Source: a virus
Taxonomy: Duplodnaviria; Caudoviricetes
Strand: one strand, 5' to 3'
DNA: 61,726 nt
IMG/VR virus record: IMGVR_UViG_3300046028_004204
Span: 1-61,726 of that record
The position numbers and the translations under genes were made by a program. Shown in pieces: positions 9,999 through 20,178 of this stretch (position 1 is its first letter; each line of letters starts with the position of its first letter). The notes below the pieces were generated by a model. That model had not been told where the DNA came from, ran no database searches, and saw nothing but the letters and a program-made list of their open reading frames with translations.

Positions 9999-11189
9999 AT
10001 GCTAAAATCATCATTTGTCGAAGACATTTTTCTTGAGTTCGTGGACCTCTGCGATAATAAAAATATTCAGCTCCAACATCAGGATCAATCAGCTGCCAAC
10101 AGTTTCTTTGTTGTACTTTCTACCGGCGGTCAGCTGACCAAAAATCAGGCAAATTTCATCATCAAAATTCTCCAAAAATACAAAATGTATGCAAAATTAG
10201 CAGGGCTTGATTATTCCTTGCTTTTAGAAAATCCCGAGTGGAGAGGAGATTTTAGAATTCTTGATATGGCAAGAAAAATATTTATAGAAAAAGATGAAGA
10301 TGGAGAAGTGTGGATTTGTGCCAAGTTTCCTTTTGCACTAAAAGAGGTATTTGACCGAGAAATTTCACCAATTACCAAAGACTTCGGAGTTAGCACTTGG
10401 GACCCCGAAAGAAAGATTCGTAAGATGAAATTTTATAATTTTAACCTTATCGAAGTCTACGAGTTTGCACATACCAACAATTTCGAGATTGACGATACCT
10501 TTATGGTAGCACTTGCAGATGTTGAAGAAATTTGGCAAAATAGTGAAACAATTACTCCCTACTGCGAACTGCACTTTGGCGCAACCGTTGACTTGATCAA
10601 TGCTCCGCAGGAAACTGTTGAATGGTTTGAACAGCATAGAACCTGTAATCAATCTAGCGATCTACTACTGGCCAAGAGCATGGGATACCTATTAAAAGAA
10701 TCTCCAAAAACACTGGCAGAAAAGATAGCTGCATCAGAACACAGACAATTTTGGATGAAGAGCTTAGATCAGTTTTTTGAGCTTTACAAAGACACCGACG
10801 GCATAACAGCAGTGATTTTAAACAAAGGTGACAACGCAGAAGAATGGGTCAAGTCGTTTACTATGTCGGCTATTTTACATGATGTTTCGCCAACAGATAT
10901 CCGTATTTGTTTCCGTCAAGACAAGGTTGAAGATCGAGGGTTTAATCAGTGGGTTAAAGACAACGGCTACGGTGGTAAGGTAGAAGGTGGTAAAATTTTT
11001 ATATTTCAAAACAAACCCCCCAAGTGGTTGTTTTCTGATGGAATAGATGTTAAAATTATTTTAACTAATAGCTTATATCCAGTGCCCAGTGCCACTACAC
11101 AGGCCTGGATGGAATCACACACCTGTGTATGCTTTGTAGGTGATATCAAGGCTGCGCACATTAAGGACAAGAAAATTGCCGAGTTGTAA
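9999..11189 (+). CDS. Hypothetical protein upstream of UvsW
   Basis: 396-aa ORF, own promoter, no recognised motif. Confidence 0.75.
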   Translation: MLKSSFVEDIFLEFVDLCDNKNIQLQHQDQSAANSFFVVLSTGGQLTKNQANFIIKILQKYKMYAKLAGLDYSLLLENPEWRGDFRILDMARKIFIEKDEDGEVWICAKFPFALKEVFDREISPITKDFGVSTWDPERKIRKMKFYNFNLIEVYEFAHTNNFEIDDTFMVALADVEEIWQNSETITPYCELHFGATVDLINAPQETVEWFEQHRTCNQSSDLLLAKSMGYLLKESPKTLAEKIAASEHRQFWMKSLDQFFELYKDTDGITAVILNKGDNAEEWVKSFTMSAILHDVSPTDIRICFRQDKVEDRGFNQWVKDNGYGGKVEGGKIFIFQNKPPKWLFSDGIDVKIILTNSLYPVPSATTQAWMESHTCVCFVGDIKAAHIKDKKIAEL

Positions 11190-12630
11190 ACTAACAATTA
11201 AAGATGAAGTTAATATCAAGATCGACGGACTGGCTGTAGAGACACGGCGTAAAATTGTCAATAAATTAAAGTTTGATTTGCCCTATGCACGACACATGCC
11301 GGCATATAAACTGGGTCGTTGGGATGGAACTAAAACTTATTTTAGCATAGGTGGTACTGGTTATCTTGCACACTTAGATGTTATATTACCTATCATAGAA
11401 GACAGTGGTTATGAAATTGACATAGAAGATCTTAGACATCATAGCAAGATAGAATTTGCGCCTATCAATGAAAACTATTGGGCAGATCAAGGCAAGACCT
11501 GGCCTAAAGGACATCCGGAAGCAGGCACACCTATCGTACTGCGTGACTATCAGTATGATGTTGTTAACAAATTTTTAGAAAATCCACAGGCCCTGCAAGA
11601 AGTTGCCACAGGTGCTGGTAAAACAATTACCACAGCAACACTCAGTCATTTATGTGAACCGTATGGTCGCACAATGGTAGTTGTACCTAACAAAAGTTTA
11701 GTTGTACAAACTGAAGAAGATTATAAAAATCTAGGCCTTGATGTTGGTGTTTACTTCGGTGATAGAAAAGAACTAGGTAAGACACATACCATATGCACAT
11801 GGCAAAGTCTTAATGTCTTAGACAAGAAAAGTTACGATGACGAAACGTTGAGTCTGGCTGAATTTACCGCAGGCGTGGCAGCAATTATTGTTGACGAGGT
11901 ACATCAAGCTAAAGCCGAAGTACTAACAAAATTATTAACACAGAACTTTAATAACTGTGCAATTCGTTGGGGACTTACCGGAACAGTACCTAAAGAAGCA
12001 TTTGAATTTCAAGGAATTCTTGCTAGCATTGGACCTGTTATTAATCAAGTATCTGCACACGATCTACAAGAAAAAGGTGTGTTGGCTAATTTACAAATCA
12101 ATGTATTACAGACTACAGATGTGCAGGTGTTTCGTAGTTTTCAAGAAGAATACAGTTTCTTAGTCACTGATCCTATAAGATTAACCTGGATGGCAAATAA
12201 GATCAAAGAATTATCTTTGAGCGGAAATACTCTTGTATTGATCAATAGAATCGACACAGGAAACAAATTAATTGAATTGATTCCCAATGCAGTGTTTGTC
12301 AGTGGCGGTATGAAACTAGACGACAGGAAAGAAGAATATGACGAAATTAAAACTAGTAATGGCAAGGTTATTGTGGCGACTTACGGTGTGGCCGCTGTGG
12401 GTATTAATATCCCCCGTATTTTTAATCTGGTTCTTATTGAGCCCGGAAAGAGCTTTGTTCGCGTTATACAAAGCATTGGACGGGGTATACGGAAAGCCCA
12501 AGACAAAGACCACGTTGAGATCTGGGATTTCACATCTACCTGCAAATACGCCAAGCGCCATCTTACGGAGCGAAAGAAATACTACAAAGAGGCCAAATAC
12601 CCCTTTACAATAACTAAGGTAAACCTATGA
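11176..12630 (+). CDS. uvsW: UvsW-like SF2 DNA helicase
   Basis: LRDYQ, ATGAGKT, DEVH, GLTGT, QSIGRGIR; probable TTG start after AAGGA. Confidence 0.9.
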   Translation: MPSCKLTIKDEVNIKIDGLAVETRRKIVNKLKFDLPYARHMPAYKLGRWDGTKTYFSIGGTGYLAHLDVILPIIEDSGYEIDIEDLRHHSKIEFAPINENYWADQGKTWPKGHPEAGTPIVLRDYQYDVVNKFLENPQALQEVATGAGKTITTATLSHLCEPYGRTMVVVPNKSLVVQTEEDYKNLGLDVGVYFGDRKELGKTHTICTWQSLNVLDKKSYDDETLSLAEFTAGVAAIIVDEVHQAKAEVLTKLLTQNFNNCAIRWGLTGTVPKEAFEFQGILASIGPVINQVSAHDLQEKGVLANLQINVLQTTDVQVFRSFQEEYSFLVTDPIRLTWMANKIKELSLSGNTLVLINRIDTGNKLIELIPNAVFVSGGMKLDDRKEEYDEIKTSNGKVIVATYGVAAVGINIPRIFNLVLIEPGKSFVRVIQSIGRGIRKAQDKDHVEIWDFTSTCKYAKRHLTERKKYYKEAKYPFTITKVNL

Positions 12631-13133
12631 AAATTTTAACACTTAACAACAGGTCATTTGATCTAAACGATTTACCAGACGAGATAGAGGACGATGTGCG
12701 ATACAGTGTGTTAGACAATAGCAACGCCAACGAACCTGACTTTTTCTTTATGCCCTTGATATTTTTAGAATCGTTTAACAGTCCTGCAATATTATTAAAC
12801 ATCGGCGGACATCAAGTACAAATGCCACTAGATTGGTGTATGATAGTTGGCGACAAAGACTGCGGCATGGATCCAGAAGTCTTACCGTTGACCAGTTTAA
12901 ATGAACGAGGATTTGATGCATTTATTTTTAATCCTATTAAAGGATTTAAATGTGATTACCTTCCAATAGAAATTGTCAACATTTATCAAGATGTTAAATG
13001 GTATTTTCCAAAGATGAAAAACGGACAGTTACTAACTGTTCCATTGCATGATGGGCCAAATCCGCCGTGTGCATATTTTGTCAAAGAAGTTAGCCGTCAG
13101 AGTGAAATTTTACAGCTAGATAAAGTATTGTAA
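12627..13133 (+). CDS. Hypothetical protein coupled to uvsW
   Basis: 168-aa ORF, ATGA overlap. Confidence 0.7.
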   Translation: MKILTLNNRSFDLNDLPDEIEDDVRYSVLDNSNANEPDFFFMPLIFLESFNSPAILLNIGGHQVQMPLDWCMIVGDKDCGMDPEVLPLTSLNERGFDAFIFNPIKGFKCDYLPIEIVNIYQDVKWYFPKMKNGQLLTVPLHDGPNPPCAYFVKEVSRQSEILQLDKVL

Positions 13134-13161
13134 TAAGTAATATGTTATTAAAGGAGTTATT

Positions 13162-13506
13162 ATGAAAGCAGGTAAAGTGTGGGGACAAACAGAATTGTTA
13201 GAAGCCAATGGTGTATTAGAATTTCACCGTATTGAAGCCAAAGCCGGTGGCGTTTGCTCTAAGCACAAACACAAATTTAAATGGAATGGTTTCTTTGTCG
13301 AACAAGGTGAGATGATTATTCGTGTTTGGAAAAACAATTATGATCTAGTTGACGAAACCTTACTCAAGGCTGGACAATATACAAAAGTTGCTCCTGGAGA
13401 ATATCATCAATTTGAAGCAGTCACTGACTGTATTGCCTTTGAATTATATTGGGCAGAATTTGATCATAACGACATTGAACGAGAATCAGTAGGATTTTCA
13501 AAATGA
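13162..13506 (+). CDS. Cupin protein
   Basis: K.WG, CSKHKH..KWNGF, PGEYHQFEA; AAGGAG RBS. Confidence 0.8.
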   Translation: MKAGKVWGQTELLEANGVLEFHRIEAKAGGVCSKHKHKFKWNGFFVEQGEMIIRVWKNNYDLVDETLLKAGQYTKVAPGEYHQFEAVTDCIAFELYWAEFDHNDIERESVGFSK

Positions 13507-14234
13507 GCGTAGCAATAGTTTCAACTTTTAGTCAACAAAATTATAACGAATATGCAAAATATTTTGTTGACAGTCTTGTAAAATACTTAGATCCCAATGT
13601 ACAGGTATTTTTGTACCTCGACGATATAAAATTAAAACTACCTGCTAATATCCATACTATTAATTTTAGTAAAACTGTGCCTAATCTAGGTGCTTTTAGA
13701 GAAAGAAATAAACATCGAACATTTAAAGATTTCTCTACAGATGCATGCCGTTTTAGTTTTAAAAGTTATGCATGGTGTCATGCGGGTCTAACTAAGCCAG
13801 CAGATAAACTTATTTGGTTAGATGCCGATACTGAATTATACAATCCGGTATCTGAAGCATATCTAGAATCAACTTTGCCAACCGGGTATTACACAAGTCA
13901 TTTATGGCGTCCAAACTACGGATATACCGAAACTGGATATTTAGGATGGGATTTAACTCATCCTCATTCAGACGAATTCTTCAATAGATATCAAAACTAT
14001 TATGATACTGATTCTATCTATACATTGCCTGCATATACAGATTGTCATGTATATGATGCGGTAAGAGCTCAGATGGAGTCTGAAGGAACTATTAAATCTC
14101 ACAATTTATCCCCGCCTAATATTAGTAAAGATCACTTTACAATAGCATTTAAAAATTATATTATGCATTATAAAGGCGACAGAATTACTAGAAGAAATAA
14201 AACTTTATCAAAATTAAAAGGAACTAAGGTATGA
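13503..14234 (+). CDS. Putative glycosyltransferase, paralog of 7842-8675
   Basis: RFSFKSYA, WLDADT, YTDCHVYD, HYKG. Confidence 0.7.
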   Translation: MSVAIVSTFSQQNYNEYAKYFVDSLVKYLDPNVQVFLYLDDIKLKLPANIHTINFSKTVPNLGAFRERNKHRTFKDFSTDACRFSFKSYAWCHAGLTKPADKLIWLDADTELYNPVSEAYLESTLPTGYYTSHLWRPNYGYTETGYLGWDLTHPHSDEFFNRYQNYYDTDSIYTLPAYTDCHVYDAVRAQMESEGTIKSHNLSPPNISKDHFTIAFKNYIMHYKGDRITRRNKTLSKLKGTKV

Positions 14235-15412
14235 TATATCCATTAGCTTATGATAGTTGGGGTGATCAAGAAAGACAAGCCCTTCAAAAAGTTATTGATA
14301 GTGGTCGATACACAATGGGGAACGAAGTAGCAGAATTTGAAAAACAATTTGCAGAACACTACGGTTCTAAATATGCTGTAATGGCAAACAGTGGAAGCAG
14401 TGCTAATCTATTAATGTTAACTGCATTGCGATATGACGATCGATATAATTTAGAACCAGACGACGAAGTCATTGTACCCGCAGTTAGTTGGAGTACAACA
14501 TTTTTTCCAGTGCATCAAAATAATTTTAAATTGGTATTTGTTGACATTGATAGAAAAACATTAAATCTTAAAATTAGTTCAGTTATTGATGCCATAACAG
14601 ATAAAACTAAAATTATTTTTGTAGTTAATTTATTAGGAAATCCTGCCGAACTAGATAAGTTAGTTGAAATTTGCAATCAAAAAAATATTACCTTGATTGA
14701 AGATAATTGCGAAAGTTTAGGTGCAAAATTAGACAACAGATATTGTGGAACTTGGGGAGTAATGGGATCATTTAGTTTTTTCTTTAGTCATCATATGCAA
14801 ACCATGGAAGGCGGTATGGTATTAACTGACGATTTAAAACTATATCAAATGATGAAAAGCATTAGAGCGCATGGTTGGTTAAGAGACCTCCCCGCAGAAA
14901 ATCTAGTGTGCAATAAACTTAATGATCCGTTTAGAGATAGTTTTAGATTTGCATTACCTGGATACTGTCTAAGACCTTTAGAAATGAGTGGTGCTGTTGG
15001 ACAAGTACAATTAAAGAAAGTTGGTAATCAAATTGATCAAAGAAGAAAAAATGCAGTAGAATTTAAAAAATTATTTGATGATGTTGATTATATTGTTACA
15101 CAGATAGAATATGGATATAGCAGTTGGTTTGGCTTTTCTATTCTTCTACAGGGCGTATTAGAAGGAAAACGAGATATTGTAATTAAAGCACTAACGGCCG
15201 CAGGAGTAGAAACACGACCGATTGTTGCTGGAAATTTTGTTAATAATCCTGCCTGTAAATTCATAAATCATCGAACTAGTGGATCACTTGAAAATGCAGA
15301 ATATGTCGATGCAAACGGATTTTTTATTGGAAATGATTCTAGAGATTTAACTGACCCACTGTCTTTAGTAAAATCAGTGATAACAGAAATTTATGACAAA
15401 CAAAAAAATTAA
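14231..15412 (+). CDS. DegT/DnrJ-fold PLP enzyme, ColD-type (GDP-4-keto-6-deoxymannose 3-dehydratase-like)
   Basis: NSGSSANL, EDNCESLG, FSFFFSHHMQTMEGG with His at the usual Schiff-base Lys position. Confidence 0.8.
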   Translation: MIYPLAYDSWGDQERQALQKVIDSGRYTMGNEVAEFEKQFAEHYGSKYAVMANSGSSANLLMLTALRYDDRYNLEPDDEVIVPAVSWSTTFFPVHQNNFKLVFVDIDRKTLNLKISSVIDAITDKTKIIFVVNLLGNPAELDKLVEICNQKNITLIEDNCESLGAKLDNRYCGTWGVMGSFSFFFSHHMQTMEGGMVLTDDLKLYQMMKSIRAHGWLRDLPAENLVCNKLNDPFRDSFRFALPGYCLRPLEMSGAVGQVQLKKVGNQIDQRRKNAVEFKKLFDDVDYIVTQIEYGYSSWFGFSILLQGVLEGKRDIVIKALTAAGVETRPIVAGNFVNNPACKFINHRTSGSLENAEYVDANGFFIGNDSRDLTDPLSLVKSVITEIYDKQKN

Positions 15413-15413
15413 T

Positions 15414-16385
15414 ATGAAAAAAGCAATCATTACTGGAATAACCGGACAAGACGGTGGATATTTGGCTAAACTTTTATTATCTAAAAATTATAAAGTATAC
15501 GGCCTAATGAAAAGATACACCGCTCCAAACTGGGAAAATTTAGATTTTTTAGGTATTAAAGATCAGATTGAATTTATCAATGGTGATTTAACAGACATTG
15601 GTTCATTAATGCCTCATGTTAGGAATATTCAACCAGATGAATTTTATAATTTAGGTGCACAGAGTTTTGTAGGTGAAAGCTGGAATCAAGCACATCTAAC
15701 TACAGAAGTGAATGCGGTTGGGGTTTTAAATTGTTTAACAGCAATTAAAGAATTTAGCCCGACTACTAGATTTTATCAAGCCAGTACCAGTGAAATGTTT
15801 GGTAACAGTGATTCTCAAGGAATACAAACAGAAGAAACTCCGTTTATTCCTCGTAGTCCGTATGGTGTTGCAAAATTATATGCGCATCACATTACACAAA
15901 ATTATCGTGAAAGTTACGGCATGTTTGCTTGCAGTGGAATATTATTCAACCACGAAAGTCCTATTAGAGGAATTGAATTTGTAACTAGAAAAATTACAGA
16001 CGGTGTTGCACAAATTGTTACAGGCAAGAAAAAAGAATTAATATTAGGTAATCTTGATGCCAAACGAGATTGGGGATTTGCTGGAGATTTTGTTGAAGCC
16101 ATGTGGTTAATGCTACAACAAGAACAACCAGAAGACTATATTATCAGTACCGGAAATCAGCACACAGTTCGTGATGTGTTAGATATTGCATTTAAAAGAG
16201 CAGGTGTTAGCGATTGGTCATCATATGTAAGATCTGACCAGCAATATATGCGACCCGCAGAACTTAACGCATTATTAGGCTCTAGCGACAAAGCCAAACA
16301 TCAGTTAGGATGGGTTTCAAAAATGTCTTTTAAAGAATTAATTGAAACAATGACCGATGAAGATTTAAAAAGGCATGCTCTGTGA
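15414..16385 (+). CDS. gmd: GDP-mannose 4,6-dehydratase
   Basis: ITGITGQDG.YL, YNLGAQSFV, QASTSEMFG, PRSPYGVAK, FNHESP.RG.EFVTRKI, RDWG. Confidence 0.93.
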   Translation: MKKAIITGITGQDGGYLAKLLLSKNYKVYGLMKRYTAPNWENLDFLGIKDQIEFINGDLTDIGSLMPHVRNIQPDEFYNLGAQSFVGESWNQAHLTTEVNAVGVLNCLTAIKEFSPTTRFYQASTSEMFGNSDSQGIQTEETPFIPRSPYGVAKLYAHHITQNYRESYGMFACSGILFNHESPIRGIEFVTRKITDGVAQIVTGKKKELILGNLDAKRDWGFAGDFVEAMWLMLQQEQPEDYIISTGNQHTVRDVLDIAFKRAGVSDWSSYVRSDQQYMRPAELNALLGSSDKAKHQLGWVSKMSFKELIETMTDEDLKRHAL

Positions 16386-16900
16386 AAATAGCAATTACTG
16401 GGCATACATCAGGATTAGGGCAAGCTCTGTTTAATCATTGGAGTAGTACTAGTTATAATCTTATCGGTTTTAGTCTAAGCAACGGTTTTAATATAGATAC
16501 CGATATAGAAAAAATATCTGATGTTGAGTTTGATATTTTCATTAATAATGCGTATTCTAAGTACCAACAAGTTGAATTATTATATAAACTATATGAAAAA
16601 AACAAAGACAGAAAATGCACAATAATTAATATTGGCAGCGCAAGCTCGGACGGCAATGTTGATAGAATTAAACCTTATGCTATTGAAAAATTAGCATTAG
16701 AAAAAGCCTGTCTGCAATTGCAATTTAACACAAGTGTTTGTAAAGTATTATTAATCAAGCCTGGAAGAATGGAAACTCCTATGGTAGCACATACTAACTC
16801 AAAAAAAATAGATTTATCTTATATGGTATCAACTATTGATTGGTTAATTGCCCAACCAGAAAATATAGCTATTAGATCTATTACTATTGACAGTTTTTAA
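16382..16900 (+). CDS. Short SDR oxidoreductase
   Basis: TGHTSGLG, INNA, NIGS, YAIEK (YxxxK). Confidence 0.8.
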   Translation: MKIAITGHTSGLGQALFNHWSSTSYNLIGFSLSNGFNIDTDIEKISDVEFDIFINNAYSKYQQVELLYKLYEKNKDRKCTIINIGSASSDGNVDRIKPYAIEKLALEKACLQLQFNTSVCKVLLIKPGRMETPMVAHTNSKKIDLSYMVSTIDWLIAQPENIAIRSITIDSF

Positions 16901-16914
16901 AAACAAAATTTAAG

Positions 16915-17706
16915 TTAGGTAATCTGATATTGTTCAACCAAATCTGCTACTAGTGTTCCTTTAAAAAACTCCTCCGGAGAAAATTGACTCCATGCAATGT
17001 GTTCTACCCAATCAGTTCTATCAGGAAATACAGGATTATTAATTGCATTAAGATCTGTCCCCATAAGAATACTAACCGCAGAAAAATCAGTAGTGTACGC
17101 AGGATGTCCTAACATCACAGCTTCTACGCAGGCCATTGTTCTTTCTCCTACTACTGCATGACACCCTGTTAGATCATTTAAAAATCCAGGCCATCTCCTG
17201 GGGTCTTTACCCCCAACTTTGCGCCGCCATTTTACTGGGCCGTCCCAATATTGTTTTAAATTTAATAAAAATTCAGTTTGCCAAACATTAAATGTTTTGC
17301 CTGTTCGTTGTAGTAACATGTTAGGTTGAGGTTCGATTAATAAAAGGTAATCTCCTCGATCTGTTTTTTTCCAGTCTTCTATTTTAGGATTTAAGGTGTC
17401 TAGACGAGAATACGGAACTTTGTTAAATTTAAGATTGTGACTACCATTGTATGTAACTCTCCTTGTATTCCTTCTAGGATTATTTACGCCCCAATAGCCG
17501 TAGTCTATTTCTATATGGTTGTTGCCTTTAACAATCCATTCTTTATAAGGACTCCACCACGGAGGAACATGACAAGATATTAATATGTAATCGTTGGGTA
17601 TTTCGTCGACTGTATTGAATATTTTGGCTCCTTTCTTGACCCAAGGTTCAAAAAGCCATGCATCTCGAGATGCGACTGTAACTTGTGGACATATTGCATA
17701 TTTCAT
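16915..17706 (-). CDS. Same capsule-like family, paralog 7
   Basis: IDYGYWG, TMACVEAV, IAWSQFSPEE. Confidence 0.55.
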   Translation of the reverse strand: MKYAICPQVTVASRDAWLFEPWVKKGAKIFNTVDEIPNDYILISCHVPPWWSPYKEWIVKGNNHIEIDYGYWGVNNPRRNTRRVTYNGSHNLKFNKVPYSRLDTLNPKIEDWKKTDRGDYLLLIEPQPNMLLQRTGKTFNVWQTEFLLNLKQYWDGPVKWRRKVGGKDPRRWPGFLNDLTGCHAVVGERTMACVEAVMLGHPAYTTDFSAVSILMGTDLNAINNPVFPDRTDWVEHIAWSQFSPEEFFKGTLVADLVEQYQIT

Positions 17707-17764
17707 AGTCAACTATTTAACTAATAAATAGTTTGCTAATTAAAAACATGCAGGATTATAAATT

Positions 17765-18340
17765 ATGGGATATTTTAGTCAAACGGTAACTGTAGATTCG
17801 TCCTCTCAAGATCTTTCTAGACTAGATTTTTTAACACCGTTGGTAACAGATCTCAAAGTTCTGCATGTTGGATTTGTAGATTACCCAATTACAAAACCTA
17901 AAAAAAATCTACATTTAAGAATAGCACCTGTATGTAAGAGAATAGACGGTATAGATCCTAATGCTACAGATGAAATAAAATTAGTATTGTCTGTACCTAA
18001 CGGTAATATATACGATTCCTGGAATGATGTACCTAACGACTATGATGTAATAATTGTACCAGAAGTTATTGAGCATGTTGACAATGTTGCATTGTTTTTG
18101 CAACAGTTGGATCAAGTAAAGGGAAAATTAATAATCACAGCCCCATGTGCTTATAAACTTAGTAATAATTTTAGAGAAGAAAACGGGGTGTACATTGAAA
18201 CAGTGCATCCTGATCATAATTGCTGGTATTCTCCGTATACATTAAAAAATGTCATAAACAAGTATAGTAAAACTCGACAGGTAACATCAATGCATTGGGC
18301 AGTTGGATCAATTGTAGCTGTGTGTGGTATGAATGAATAA
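17765..18340 (+). CDS. Class I SAM methyltransferase-like
   Basis: VLHVG, GID, EVIEHV, LIITAP. Confidence 0.65.
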   Translation: MGYFSQTVTVDSSSQDLSRLDFLTPLVTDLKVLHVGFVDYPITKPKKNLHLRIAPVCKRIDGIDPNATDEIKLVLSVPNGNIYDSWNDVPNDYDVIIVPEVIEHVDNVALFLQQLDQVKGKLIITAPCAYKLSNNFREENGVYIETVHPDHNCWYSPYTLKNVINKYSKTRQVTSMHWAVGSIVAVCGMNE

Positions 18341-19007
18341 AATAATTTATATATTTTGGACTGAGGCGAATGAGCTTACACCTCGTAGAAAAAATAATCT
18401 ACAGATTATAAAAGATCGATGTGGTGTGGAATTAAAGTTTTTAAATCATGATGATATTCCTAAGTACGAACTTGCAGATCATAAATTTCACGAAACTTAT
18501 CAATATCTTTCAGCCACTGCTAAATCAGACTATCTTAGAAGTTATTTTATGAATTTTTATGGTGGTGCCTACTGCGATATAAAAAGGGCCGAATGGGATT
18601 GGAATCCTTACTTTGATCAACTAGACCAGTCTGAGAATTGGATAATAGGATATCCGCTGCCGCAAGGAAATTTTATAACAGATCCTCAAGATCTAGATCG
18701 TGATGTAATGTCACAACATTGGAATCAGCTAATCGGTGCAGGAGCAATGATTTGTAAATCAAGAACTCCGTTAACTGAACATTGGTTTAAATCTATGACT
18801 GACATTTTAGATAGAAAGCACGAGCAATTAAAAAATAATCCAGCAGCACATGTAAGAGACAGATTAAATTGGAAAGGGACCACCTCAAATTATCCGTTAA
18901 GATGGGCTGAGATTGGTCCAGAAACATTTATTAAAAGTTGTTATCTGCATAAACAATATATCAGTCAACAGTTACCGAGTCCTGTATTAAATGAGAAATA
19001 TAGATAA
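18333..19007 (+). CDS. Glycosyltransferase (GT32/DXD-like)
   Basis: KSDYLR..MNFYGGAYCDIK motif. Confidence 0.7.
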   Translation: MNKIIYIFWTEANELTPRRKNNLQIIKDRCGVELKFLNHDDIPKYELADHKFHETYQYLSATAKSDYLRSYFMNFYGGAYCDIKRAEWDWNPYFDQLDQSENWIIGYPLPQGNFITDPQDLDRDVMSQHWNQLIGAGAMICKSRTPLTEHWFKSMTDILDRKHEQLKNNPAAHVRDRLNWKGTTSNYPLRWAEIGPETFIKSCYLHKQYISQQLPSPVLNEKYR

Positions 19008-19648
19008 TGAAAAATATAATAGTACAGATTTACATCAGTTTAGATAAATCTTCAGATACTGCTCCTATTCTTCCAGCCTTCGATGAATTAAGCAAAGTAT
19101 CAATTAGTCTTGCAAAAAAATATTGTAACAAGATAGGAGCAGAGCATGTATTAATAACCGAACCGTTTATTAATTTCATCCATCCTACTTATGAACGATT
19201 TAGATTGTTTGAAGATCCGTATTGGACTGACAACTATGACAATGTTTTATATATTGATTCTGATGTGTTTATATTCAACGATGCTCCAAATATATTTGAG
19301 TGCTATCCAGATACTACAACATTTAAAGTTTGTCGACACTATCAAGAATTTTTACGGGGTGGGCCACCACAAGGGTTTAATGCAGGAGTCTTTATGTTAA
19401 ATAAAATCTCAAGAGACATAATGCTACCCCATCTAAACTACAGAGTTTCCCCGCCATTCAGTTCACACGATAATACAGCATTAGTTAATTGTGTCAACGA
19501 CTCGGGAGTAGATGTCACCGTTATGGATGCAAGATTTAATGCAAAAAATGCCACTGATTGTTATTTCAGTCATACTTGGGGATCAGGCAAAAGAAAAAAA
19601 CCAAATATGGAATGTATACTCAAAGCTAAAGAACAGGTAAATTTATGA
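19007..19648 (+). CDS. Glycosyltransferase (GT8-like)
   Basis: LYIDSDV, FNAGV. Confidence 0.72.
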   Translation: MKNIIVQIYISLDKSSDTAPILPAFDELSKVSISLAKKYCNKIGAEHVLITEPFINFIHPTYERFRLFEDPYWTDNYDNVLYIDSDVFIFNDAPNIFECYPDTTTFKVCRHYQEFLRGGPPQGFNAGVFMLNKISRDIMLPHLNYRVSPPFSSHDNTALVNCVNDSGVDVTVMDARFNAKNATDCYFSHTWGSGKRKKPNMECILKAKEQVNL

Positions 19649-20178
19649 TAATTGAAGAAATTTTTAACAGTTTTAAAAACAAAACTAGAGAGGGTGTGAA
19701 GTGGAAAATGGTAGGTGATATGTATCGTAGAATGGATTACATACAACAAACATTTCAAGGTGTAGAAACTATTACAGAATTTGGGCCATTCCAGGGATGT
19801 TCAACATCTGCCTGGCTTATGTTAAAACCAAAAAAATTCGTAACAGTTGATCAAGGCCCAACATTAGACAAAGAGTTGTTTCGAAGAGCAGCAGAAGAAG
19901 CTGGCGTCGAATTTCAATTTGTGTTAGGTAATGATTTAGAAATAGAAATAGAACCTTGCGAGTTATTGTTTATAGACACCATGCATACTGAAGAACACAC
20001 TTATAATGAACTAAGATTACATGCAGACAAAGTTTCAAAATATTTGGTATTTCATGATGTGGCAGAACCTAGATTTGGAACTTATGCAGGTATAAGAAAA
20101 TGGTGGACAAATAATCCTCAGTGGCGTATAAAATATCATGACAATGATGACTGCGGATTTTTAGTTTTAGAAAAATGA
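19645..20178 (+). CDS. SAM methyltransferase (Methyltransf_24-like)
   Basis: EFGP.QG.ST, LFIDTMH, LVFHD. Confidence 0.7.
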   Translation: MIIEEIFNSFKNKTREGVKWKMVGDMYRRMDYIQQTFQGVETITEFGPFQGCSTSAWLMLKPKKFVTVDQGPTLDKELFRRAAEEAGVEFQFVLGNDLEIEIEPCELLFIDTMHTEEHTYNELRLHADKVSKYLVFHDVAEPRFGTYAGIRKWWTNNPQWRIKYHDNDDCGFLVLEK

